A stretch of 64,000 nt of DNA, taken from positions 2,240,001 through 2,304,000 of the forward strand of contig CAVRAY010000001.1 of assembly GCA_963719225.1 (NCBI GenBank). Reading direction: 5' to 3'. Both the position numbers and the translations under genes were made by a program. Shown piece after piece: positions 48,020 through 56,169 of the stretch (positions are counted from its first letter, which is position 1; each line of letters opens with the position of its first letter). The stretch comes from Thermoanaerobaculia bacterium (lineage in GTDB: Bacteria > Acidobacteriota > Thermoanaerobaculia > UBA5066). The notes under the pieces are model-generated. The model made no database searches. It was not told where the DNA came from and saw only the letters and a list, made by a program, of their open reading frames with translations.

Positions 48020-48844
48020 ATGGCCGGATCGCGCATCGACCTCGAGGCGGAGCTCGACCGCCTGTTCGCCGTTCGGCCCGAAGAATTCGTCGCGGCGAGA
48101 AACGCGATCGCCGCCCACCTGAAAGCCTCGGGCAAAGGCGCGGACGCCGCCCGCATCAAGGCCCTGAAAAGGCCGAGCGTCCCCGCCTGGGCCGTCAACC
48201 AGCTCCGCTTCGAGACGCCCCGCGTTCTGGCGGCTCTCCTCGCCTCGGGCGACAAGCTTCGTTCCCGCTCCGTCGACATGCCGCGAACAATGGAGGCACG
48301 CCGCGAAGCGGTCGGTCAGGCACGAAAGAAGGCCGTGGAGATCCTCACGGCGGCGGGACACGCGGCCACGCCGCAGACGGTGCAGCGCGTGTCCGCGACT
48401 CTCGAGGCGCTGGCCACGTACGGCAACGCCCCCGATCGCGCCGTGGCAGGGCGGCTGACCGAGGAGCTGCCCGCTCCCGGGTTCGACGAGGTCGCCTCTC
48501 TCGGACTCCTGCGCGGCGCAGCCGGAAGCCCGAAAATCCAGGCTCCGCGCTCCCCTTCCCCGCCGGCTCCGGTCGCGCGTCCTTCCGATACGGCCGACCG
48601 CCCGAGCGCGCGCGAACGGGCGGTCCAGGCGAAGGCGCTGTCGGCGAGGAAACGGGAGGTCGCGAAGCTTCGCGGAACGCTCGCCGCGGCGGAGAAGAAC
48701 GCCGAGCGCGCGCGGAAGGCGAGGCAGGAGCTCGAGACCGCCCTGGCGGCAGCCTCTCAAGACGAGCGCAAGCACCAGGCAGCGGTGGACGCGGTTCGCA
48801 AGACCGTCGAAGCCGCGGACGCGGAGGTCGAGAGGCGCCGCTGA
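48020..48844 (+). CDS. Conserved hypothetical protein with C-terminal coiled coil
   Basis: LDRLF...PEEFVAARN....LK..G...A..IKALKRPS..AWAVNQL; GRLTEEL..PGF. Confidence 0.75.
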   Translation: MAGSRIDLEAELDRLFAVRPEEFVAARNAIAAHLKASGKGADAARIKALKRPSVPAWAVNQLRFETPRVLAALLASGDKLRSRSVDMPRTMEARREAVGQARKKAVEILTAAGHAATPQTVQRVSATLEALATYGNAPDRAVAGRLTEELPAPGFDEVASLGLLRGAAGSPKIQAPRSPSPPAPVARPSDTADRPSARERAVQAKALSARKREVAKLRGTLAAAEKNAERARKARQELETALAAASQDERKHQAAVDAVRKTVEAADAEVERRR

Positions 48845-48949
48845 ATCAGCGAGCGCGCCCGCGCGCCGGGGCTCCTTCCGCAGAAGGTCGATGACGCCGC
48901 GGCGCACCGGGTCGGCGAGCGCCGCGAGCGTCGCGTCGAGGTCGCTCAT
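48845..48949 (-). pseudogene. Truncated ArsR/SmtB family regulator (N-terminal about 34 aa only)
   Basis: MSDLDATLAALADPVRRGVIDLLRKEPRRAGALA; the HTH recognition helix (SxHL) is absent; ATGA overlap with the VOC stop. Confidence 0.7.
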
Positions 48950-49404
48950 CCCTTCGGCTTCGCGCTGCGCAGCCGCTCGGCGAACCACCAGTGGTGGCCG
49001 CCGACGTCGACACACTCGTAGCCCTTGTCCGCCCAGTAGTCCTCGCCGTAGTCCGAAACTTTGGGCTCCGTGACGATCCGGGCGCCCTTCGCGCGGGCCC
49101 TCGCGCAATGCGCCTCGACGTCGTCGACGTACATGAACATGTTCTGCGTGTTCGCGCCGCCGACCTGGCCCGGGCTCCTCACCTGAGGGTACTTGTCGGC
49201 CTTGTCCGAGCCGGCGGGCATGATGACCGCGTCGCCGCAGACGAGCTCGGAGTGCTCGATGCGGCCGCCGTCGCCCTCGACCTTGATGCGCACCTCGAAG
49301 CCGAAGGCGTCGCAGAGCCAGTCGATCGCCTTGGCGGCGTCGTCGTAATAGAGGGAGGAGGAGATGCGGGGCCAGCCGGGGGGAGTGGGTTTCAGGGCTG
49401 TCAT
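48946..49404 (-). CDS. VOC family protein (PhnB-like)
   Basis: LYYDDA.KAIDWLCDAFGF, IEHSEL, YVDDVEAH..RA, GGH.WWF. Confidence 0.88.
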   Translation of the reverse strand: MTALKPTPPGWPRISSSLYYDDAAKAIDWLCDAFGFEVRIKVEGDGGRIEHSELVCGDAVIMPAGSDKADKYPQVRSPGQVGGANTQNMFMYVDDVEAHCARARAKGARIVTEPKVSDYGEDYWADKGYECVDVGGHHWWFAERLRSAKPKG

Positions 49405-49466
49405 GGAAACCTCCAGAAAAAGGACCGATCGTTAAGAATCCCGGGGAGACTTGCGGCCCTTGACCG

Positions 49467-50486
49467 TCAGTCCTGGTAGTACGTCCGCGCGATGACGTCT
49501 CCCTTCCGTCCGGCGAGCTGGACGGAGAAGGGATGGATTCCGCGCGGGCCCTCGGGCTTCACGAAGACGAGCACGTAGCGTCCTCCGAGGCTCCTGACGA
49601 CGCGGGAGAGCGCGCCGCCCGTGAAGATGTGCGTCTTTTCGTAACGACCTCCGGTCAGGTCGGCCGCCTCCATGAGACGCACTTCGAGCGTGTGGTAGTC
49701 CGCGTCCGAGATGTCGAGGGTGAACATGTTCACGCGGGCCTCGTAGAGCGCCGCGATCGCCTCCCCGGCGTCGCGTGCCTCCTTGGGCCCGTGATCCACC
49801 TGCAGCCCCCAGCCGAAAAAGAGCATCGCCTTCCCGCCGGGAATTTTCGAAAGAGCGTTCGCCACGAGGACGAGCGCCCGGTCCACCGAGGAAGCCTTCT
49901 TCGCCTCCGCGAAGTCGAAAGACCCGGCCAGGGACGGGAAGGAGCCGGGCGTCGGGCGACGAGGCTCGTCGAACGTGAACGACTCGAAGAAGGCTGCGCG
50001 GATCTCCTTCGGGTCGGCCGTGAAGTCGCGGCGCAGCTTCAGGTGGGAGTCGTAGGAGACGACCGCGACCCTGTCGGTGGGGAGGAGCGTCGAGAGGAAC
50101 CGATCCAGGTGCTGCCCCATGTTCATGAGGCCCTTTTGCCGCCGGCGCGTGAAGTCCTCCTGCACGAAGACGACGATCACGCGCCCGGGAGGCCAGGCGA
50201 GCGTCGCGGGGCCTTCACCCGCTCCGGCCAGCTCTTCGGGAGCGAGGGGAACCGCTTCGGGACGGCCCGCCGGAATCCACTCCACCGACTCCAGTTCCAC
50301 CGGACGGCCGGCTACCCTGACGCGAAAGTCGGCCGCCGTGAGATCCGGGATCGGCTCGCCCGATCCGGTCGTCACGTACGCGTCCACGAGGACCCGTTCC
50401 ACGCGCACCGTGCTCCGCACGCGGCCGGCCCGCTCCGCGTCCTGAGTCGACGCCAGGAGGAAGGCCAGCGCGAGAGCCGTGCGCAC
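49467..50486 (-). CDS. VWA domain protein (acidobacterial VWFA type)
   Basis: V.V.RVLVDAYVT...G.PI.DLT..DF.V, DRVAVVSY, RDFT.D, GGKA.LFF, A..TGG, YVL.F. Confidence 0.75.
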   Translation of the reverse strand: MRTALALAFLLASTQDAERAGRVRSTVRVERVLVDAYVTTGSGEPIPDLTAADFRVRVAGRPVELESVEWIPAGRPEAVPLAPEELAGAGEGPATLAWPPGRVIVVFVQEDFTRRRQKGLMNMGQHLDRFLSTLLPTDRVAVVSYDSHLKLRRDFTADPKEIRAAFFESFTFDEPRRPTPGSFPSLAGSFDFAEAKKASSVDRALVLVANALSKIPGGKAMLFFGWGLQVDHGPKEARDAGEAIAALYEARVNMFTLDISDADYHTLEVRLMEAADLTGGRYEKTHIFTGGALSRVVRSLGGRYVLVFVKPEGPRGIHPFSVQLAGRKGDVIARTYYQD

Positions 50487-50501
50487 GCCGAACCGCTTGG
50501 G

Positions 50502-50684
50502 CTAGCGCCGCCCCCGGAGCGCCGCCTCGACGGACTGCGCGCCGCGGACAGCCGCGTTCCGCGTCTTCCTGCCCGCAGCGGTACGCGCGGATTGGCGTGC
50601 GGCGCGCCTGCGAGAGAACCAGACAGCAAGGACACCGACACCGGCCGCAAGACTGAGGAGAAACGGAGTTGACACGGGTACCAC
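50502..50684 (-). CDS. Small putative single-pass membrane protein
   Basis: 60 aa: hydrophobic N-terminal helix followed by a basic tail; co-oriented between the helicase and VWA genes. Confidence 0.35.
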   Translation of the reverse strand: MVPVSTPFLLSLAAGVGVLAVWFSRRRAARQSARTAAGRKTRNAAVRGAQSVEAALRGRR

Positions 50685-50698
50685 CTGACGCAGGATAG

Positions 50699-50731
50699 GC
50701 GCCTTCGGGCAGGAAAGCGAAGGCGCTTTCC
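50699..50731 (-). terminator. Stem-loop immediately downstream of the helicase stop (GGAAAGCG-N4-CGCTTTCC)
   Basis: 8-bp perfect stem 50712-50719/50724-50731; no clear U-tract. Confidence 0.35.
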
Positions 50732-50736
50732 GCCTC

Positions 50737-53328
50737 TCAGCTCCCGATGCGGTGGATCCTCAGGATGGGGCCGTCGGGTGCGCCGGCATCCGTCAGGTCG
50801 ATGCTCGCGAAGATCGCCCAGGTGTGATCGCCCTTCGGGTCGAGGAGCGCGTGCGTGACCTCCCATTGCCTGGGCCCGATGGCTTTCAGGCGCGTCAGGT
50901 GGTGGAGACGCGCTTCGGCCCCCGAGAGAAGCTCGCCGTACTCGTCGAAGAAGGGCTTCGTCTCAGCCTCGAAGCGCTCCGCGTCCCAGGCGCCCTCGTC
51001 CGTGGCCGAGGGTCGAGTCGACTCGGGCTCCCGCCAGACGCGTTCCGCCGCCTCATCCCAGTCTTTCTTCGCGAGCGCCCGTACGAGAAGCTGCGCTTCC
51101 GCGCGGACGCGCGCCGCGAACACCCGCGGGTTCGACAGGAGCTCCGTGAGCCACGTTGCTTCCTTTTTCCTCGCCGGAGTCGGCACCACGTCCTTTTCCG
51201 CGAGGAGGAGCTCGGGATGTCGCATCCGCTCCCACTCTTCGAGAAGACTCGCGTCCGTCTCTCCGACGAGCGAGCGGAAGAAGCCGAGGACGTCCCAGAG
51301 CTCGTCGGTCTTCGCGGTCTCGGGCACCGTCTGGTCGAGCGTCCTGTAGAGCTGCGAGAGGTACCTGAGGAGGACACCTTCGCTACGCTCGATGCCGTAG
51401 CTCTTCACGTAGTCCGAAAAGCCGGCGAAAGTCTCGAACATCTCGCGTCCGATCGACTTGGGACTCACGTCCGAGCCGGCCGTCCAGGGGTGCGCGGCGC
51501 GGAACGCGTTGAAGGCGCCGTACAGGAAGTCCGCGAGCGGCTTGGGATGCGTCACCTCTTCGAGGCGCGCCATGCGCTCCTCGTAAGGGATGCCCTCTTC
51601 CTTCAGCTCCGCGACGAGCCTGCCCTTCGCCCGGTCCACCTGCCTGCGGAGAATCACGTCCGGGTCTTCCAGGATCGACTCGACGACGGTGAGGGCGTCG
51701 ACGGCGTATGTCGGGGACGCGGGATCGAGCTCTTCGAGCGCGGACAGGGCGAAAAGCGACAACGCCTGGTGGAGGGAGAAATCCCACTGCAGGTACTCGG
51801 CCACGACGACACGGTACGGGCGCCCCGGGGCGAGGCCGATGATCCCCGCCCGGTAGAGCGAGCGCACGAGGACGGCGGCCTGCTTGCGGAGCCGGCGCTT
51901 GGCGGCGTCCTCTTCGTGACAGCGCTCGATGAGGTCTCGCAAGGACGCGAAGTTGCGGGGCGCCGCCTCGCTCTCGTCCCGCTGGAGGAGAGACAGGACC
52001 ATCCCGTGCGTGAGCCGGAACCGCGACACCAGCGTTTCGGGCGGCCTCGAGATGAGCTTCCGGAACGTCTCGACCGTCCACGAGACGTCGCCCCTGGGCG
52101 GGCCCTTGAAAGTCCGCGACGTCTTCTTCCCCGAAGCCTCCGATCTCTTTTCCGCCTGCCGCTTCTCGACGATGTGCTCGGGCGCTTGCACGACGACGCT
52201 CCCCTTTTCGTCGAACCCGCGGCGGCCCGCGCGTCCCGAGATCTGCTTGAACTCGCGGATCGAGAGCAGCCCCACCTTCGTCCCGTCGAACTTCGCGAGC
52301 TTCGTGAAGAGGACCGTCCGGATCGGGATGTTCACGCCCACACCCAGCGTGTCGGTCCCGCAGATGACGTGGAGGAGCCCTCTCTGCGCGAGCTGCTCGA
52401 CGAGGAGGCGGTACTTCGGAAGGAGCCCGGCGTGATGGACTCCCACCCCGAACGAAAGGAACCTCCGGAACTCCTTGCCGTACGGCGTCGAGAGGCGGAT
52501 TCCGGCGACGACCTTCCGGATCTCCTCCCGCTCCTCGCGGGTCCCGATCTTCACGCTCGTGAGCGACTGCGCGAGCTCCGCGCACTCCCGCTGCGTGAAG
52601 TTCACGACGTAGACGGGGCTCTTCCTCGTGGCGAGGAGCTCTTCGATCGTCTCGTGGAGCGGCGTCTCGCGGTACTCGAAGTCGAGGGGGACCGGCCGCT
52701 CGTCGGACGACACGAGTGCCACTGCGCGTCCGGTGTCCTTCTCGAGCCGCGAGGCGATCGGGCTCGTGTCCCCGAGCGTCGCCGACATGAGGAGAAACTG
52801 GGTTTCCGGCAGGACGACGAGGGGGACCTGCCAGGCGACGCCGCGCTCCTTGTCGGCGTAATAGTGGAACTCGTCCATCACGACGTACGGAGCCTCGAGA
52901 GCCGGGCCGCGGCGGAGCGCCATGTTCGAGAGGACCTCCGCCGTGCAGCAGACGACGCTCGCCTCCCCGTTGATGCTCGCGTCACCCGTGAGCATGCCGA
53001 CGTTCTCGGGGCCGAGCTCGGCGCACAGCGAGAAGAACTTCTCGCTGGCGAGAGCCTTGATCGGGCTCGTGTAGAACGACACCTTGCCCTCGCAGATCGC
53101 CTTGAAGTGGAGGCCGAGAGCGACGAGCGACTTCCCCGAGCCCGTGGGCGTCCCGAGGATGACGTGCTTCCCGGCCATGACCTCGAGGAGCGCCTCCTCC
53201 TGCGCCGGGTAGAGGGTGAGACCGCTCGCCCAGACCCAGTCGAGGAAGAGGCTCAGGATCTCGTCGGGGTCGTTCGTCCCGCGGGGCGGGATCCGGTCCG
53301 CGAGGCGCGCACCGGGGCCAGGAGCCAC
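50737..53328 (-). CDS. DEAD/DEAH-box SF2 helicase (Ski2/HelY-like, DUF3516-type)
   Basis: LYPAQEEA, TPTGSGKS, SPIKAL.SEK, VVMDEFH, LMSAT, VHHAGLLP, GTDTLGVGVN.P, QISGRAGRRGFD; GTG start overlaps the kinase TAG. Confidence 0.92.
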   Translation of the reverse strand: MAPGPGARLADRIPPRGTNDPDEILSLFLDWVWASGLTLYPAQEEALLEVMAGKHVILGTPTGSGKSLVALGLHFKAICEGKVSFYTSPIKALASEKFFSLCAELGPENVGMLTGDASINGEASVVCCTAEVLSNMALRRGPALEAPYVVMDEFHYYADKERGVAWQVPLVVLPETQFLLMSATLGDTSPIASRLEKDTGRAVALVSSDERPVPLDFEYRETPLHETIEELLATRKSPVYVVNFTQRECAELAQSLTSVKIGTREEREEIRKVVAGIRLSTPYGKEFRRFLSFGVGVHHAGLLPKYRLLVEQLAQRGLLHVICGTDTLGVGVNIPIRTVLFTKLAKFDGTKVGLLSIREFKQISGRAGRRGFDEKGSVVVQAPEHIVEKRQAEKRSEASGKKTSRTFKGPPRGDVSWTVETFRKLISRPPETLVSRFRLTHGMVLSLLQRDESEAAPRNFASLRDLIERCHEEDAAKRRLRKQAAVLVRSLYRAGIIGLAPGRPYRVVVAEYLQWDFSLHQALSLFALSALEELDPASPTYAVDALTVVESILEDPDVILRRQVDRAKGRLVAELKEEGIPYEERMARLEEVTHPKPLADFLYGAFNAFRAAHPWTAGSDVSPKSIGREMFETFAGFSDYVKSYGIERSEGVLLRYLSQLYRTLDQTVPETAKTDELWDVLGFFRSLVGETDASLLEEWERMRHPELLLAEKDVVPTPARKKEATWLTELLSNPRVFAARVRAEAQLLVRALAKKDWDEAAERVWREPESTRPSATDEGAWDAERFEAETKPFFDEYGELLSGAEARLHHLTRLKAIGPRQWEVTHALLDPKGDHTWAIFASIDLTDAGAPDGPILRIHRIGS

Positions 53329-56159
53329 TACCGCGATCCCGACGGCGCGAGGCGCTTGAGCTCCTGCGCAAAGTCCGAAACGAGGGTCACGTGGTTGGTC
53401 TCGAGCGTGCTCGCGGTCCCCTCCCGCGTCAGGACGAGAAACTTCTGGCCGTCCGGCGAGACGTCCCATCCGGCCGCGATCCGGCTGCCCATGTCGTACG
53501 ACTCGAGCCGGAAGAGCGTCTCCTCCTTCCCGAAGACCGGCGCGCCTCCCTCCGCCGAGACGCGGGTCGCCGCGACCGATCCGTCGCGGCGCAGGAAAAG
53601 CAGGGTCCCGTCGCGGCTCCAGCGCGGGTTCGAGCCCATCTGCTCCGAGACCTGCCATTTCGCGTCGCCGCCCGCGGCGCTCCGGACGAACACGTACCCG
53701 AGGCCTCCGTCGGTGGAGTCGTAGGCGAGCCAGCGACCATCCGGCGAGAAGACCGCGCCGCCCTCGTTCAAGGGACCGGCCACGACGATCGATGGCTCTC
53801 CGTCGGCTTCGCCATTCTTCAGCCGGATCACGCCGACGTCGAGCTGGGTCGCGGGCGTCGTCACCTGGTAGGCGAGCACCCGCCCGTCCGGCGAGAAGCT
53901 CGTCACTCCCAGGGTCCCCGCCGTCTTGAAGAGCAGACGCGGCGACCCCGAGCCGTCGGCCCGCTTCAGATACACGCCGCGGACCGTCGCGGGAGTGCCG
54001 CCCGGGCTCGTGACGAGCCCGAGCGATCGGTCGGACGTGAAGGCGACCTCGCGCCCGTCGGCGCTCCACACGGCCGTCTGACTGTCGCCTTCGAACGTGA
54101 GCTTCGAGAAGGCGTCGCGGGCGACGTCGTAGACCCAGACGTCGCTCTGCGTCCCGCCGCTGATCACGACGGCGGCGCGATTCCCGTCGGGCGCAAAACG
54201 CACGAACGCATAGCCGCGGGCCACGCCTGCCTTCTTCAGGACCGTCCCCTTCCGGTCGACGAGAGCGAGCTTGAAGACGGTTTCGTTCTCTCCCATGCGA
54301 TACGCGCAGGACCCCGAAGCCGACACGTCGATCTGGGCGCTGCCGTCGGAGGGCGCCTCGCCTCCGGTGGACGACATGATCTTCTCGAGGACCGGCACGG
54401 GACGCCCCGAGAGGACGAGCCGGCCCGCGTCGAAGGAGGCGGCGTAGATCGTGCCCTTCCGCGCGAAGAGGACGTGTCCGGACGGCGCCCAGCGCGGATA
54501 CGCTCCTCCCTTGTGGACGAGGGTCCTCTTCCCCGTCGCGAGCTCGACCGCCTCGACGTTCCCCTCGTCGTAGTCGGTGCCCGAGAACTGCGTCGAGAAG
54601 AGGACGGCCTTGCCGCCCGGAAGGGCCGCCGGCCAGCGGTGCGACCGCTCCCGCGCGGCGACGTCCGCCTTCGTCAGGGGCCTGGGCTCGCCGCCGTACG
54701 CCGAGACCTGCGAGAGGCCGCCCGTCGTCTGCGGCGCGAACACGATCGTGTCGTCCGACACCCACGCGCCGCCACGCGGGATGGACACGTCGCAGATCGT
54801 GGCCGGGGCGCCGCCCGAGACCGGCGCCTTGCGCAGCTTGCCGCGGGCGAAAAACCCGATCCACTTCCCGTCGGGCGAGAAGAAAGGGCTCAACGCGCCC
54901 TCCGACTCCGGGACCTCGACGGGAACCAGACGGTCGAGCCGCCTCAGGAAGAGGCGAGCCCGGGAGCCGCGCGTCACGTACGCGAGCAGGGTCCCGTCCG
55001 GCGAGACGACGACGGCGGCGCCCCCGCCGTCCATCAGCTCGTCGGACGAGAGGAGGATCTGGCCGCGTATGGACGGAACGGTTTGCCGGGCGCGAGCGCG
55101 CAGCGCGAGCGCCCCCGCCGCGGCCGCGAACGCGGCCGCAATCACCCAGGGGAGAAAGAGGGAGAGAGAGTTTTTGCTCCCTCTCGCCACTCTCGTCGCA
55201 TCGCGACGACCTACAGTGGGGCTGGGCACTGCGGTCTTTTCTTCGAAGGGTAATTGGCCGGAGGAGCTGGCCGTCGCGGCGAGCTCTTCGAGGTCCAGCC
55301 GCGCGTCTGCGATGTCGTGGAGGCGTTGCTTCGCCTCCCGCCTCAGACACTTTCCAAGCAACTCTCTTATCTTCCGGGGAGTCTTCTCCGGCAGCGCCGT
55401 CCAGTCCGGGTCTTTCGAGAGGATCGAGACGAGCGTGTCGCTGACGGTCTCCCCTTCGAAAGCGCGCTTGCCCGTCAGCATCTCGTAGAGCACGCACCCA
55501 AACGCCCAGACGTCCGTCCTTTTGTCGACCGGTTTCCCCCGCGCCTGCTCGGGCGACATGTACGCTGCCGTGCCCAGAATCATCCCGGCCGCTGTGGCGC
55601 GCGCCGTCAGCGTCGGCGAGTGGGTCACGGAAGGCGCCGAGGCCGCGCCTCCGTCCCCCTCGAAGATCTTCGCGAGGCCGAAGTCGAGAAGCTTCACGCG
55701 CCCGTCGGGCGTCACCTTTACGTTCGCGGGCTTGAGGTCGCGGTGGACGATCCCCTTCTCGTGCGCAGCCTCGAGCGCCTCGGCGATCTGTTTCGCGAAA
55801 GAAAGGGATTCTTCGAGTGGAAGAGGGCCGGACGAGAGGCGCTTCGCGAGGTCCTCCCCCTCGACGAGCTCCATGACGAGGAGGTGGCGCGTCGACGAGG
55901 AAGAAGACGAAGCGGGGATTTCTTCGAATGAATAGATGCCGGCGATGTTGGGATGGTTGAGCGCCGCGAGGAGTCGCGCTTCCCTCTCGAAGCGCTGTCT
56001 CCTCTCTTCACCTTCGAAGAATTCTTCCGGCAGGACCTTTAGGGCGACCTCTCGCGCGAGGCGAGCGTCCCGCGCCCGGTAGACCTCCCCCATTCCTCCC
56101 GCGCCGATCGCGCCGAGAATTTCGTAAGAACCGAGCTTCGCGCCTGTCTCGAGACTCAT
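53328..56159 (-). CDS. Ser/Thr kinase + TM + TolB/PD40 beta-propeller (array copy 4)
   Basis: GAGGMG, HRDLKPAN, DFG, YMSPEQ; repeated FSPDG motifs. Confidence 0.95.
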   Translation of the reverse strand: MSLETGAKLGSYEILGAIGAGGMGEVYRARDARLAREVALKVLPEEFFEGEERRQRFEREARLLAALNHPNIAGIYSFEEIPASSSSSSTRHLLVMELVEGEDLAKRLSSGPLPLEESLSFAKQIAEALEAAHEKGIVHRDLKPANVKVTPDGRVKLLDFGLAKIFEGDGGAASAPSVTHSPTLTARATAAGMILGTAAYMSPEQARGKPVDKRTDVWAFGCVLYEMLTGKRAFEGETVSDTLVSILSKDPDWTALPEKTPRKIRELLGKCLRREAKQRLHDIADARLDLEELAATASSSGQLPFEEKTAVPSPTVGRRDATRVARGSKNSLSLFLPWVIAAAFAAAAGALALRARARQTVPSIRGQILLSSDELMDGGGAAVVVSPDGTLLAYVTRGSRARLFLRRLDRLVPVEVPESEGALSPFFSPDGKWIGFFARGKLRKAPVSGGAPATICDVSIPRGGAWVSDDTIVFAPQTTGGLSQVSAYGGEPRPLTKADVAARERSHRWPAALPGGKAVLFSTQFSGTDYDEGNVEAVELATGKRTLVHKGGAYPRWAPSGHVLFARKGTIYAASFDAGRLVLSGRPVPVLEKIMSSTGGEAPSDGSAQIDVSASGSCAYRMGENETVFKLALVDRKGTVLKKAGVARGYAFVRFAPDGNRAAVVISGGTQSDVWVYDVARDAFSKLTFEGDSQTAVWSADGREVAFTSDRSLGLVTSPGGTPATVRGVYLKRADGSGSPRLLFKTAGTLGVTSFSPDGRVLAYQVTTPATQLDVGVIRLKNGEADGEPSIVVAGPLNEGGAVFSPDGRWLAYDSTDGGLGYVFVRSAAGGDAKWQVSEQMGSNPRWSRDGTLLFLRRDGSVAATRVSAEGGAPVFGKEETLFRLESYDMGSRIAAGWDVSPDGQKFLVLTREGTASTLETNHVTLVSDFAQELKRLAPSGSR
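55148..55255. repeat. About 110-bp element in kinase linker, copy A
   Basis: GGGAGAAAGAGGGAGAGAGAGTT..GCTCCCTCTC...CGACCTACAGTGGGGCT...GCGGTCTTTTCTTCGAAGGGTAAT, shared with 57904-58010. Confidence 0.8.
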
Positions 56160-56169
56160 GGGCCTCGTT

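Noticed and set aside
50737-55497. 1586-aa ORF suggesting a giant helicase fusion
   Set aside because: The N-terminal approximately 720 codons are an Arg/Gly/Pro-rich alternate frame of the kinase gene; helicase homology begins at GTG 53328.
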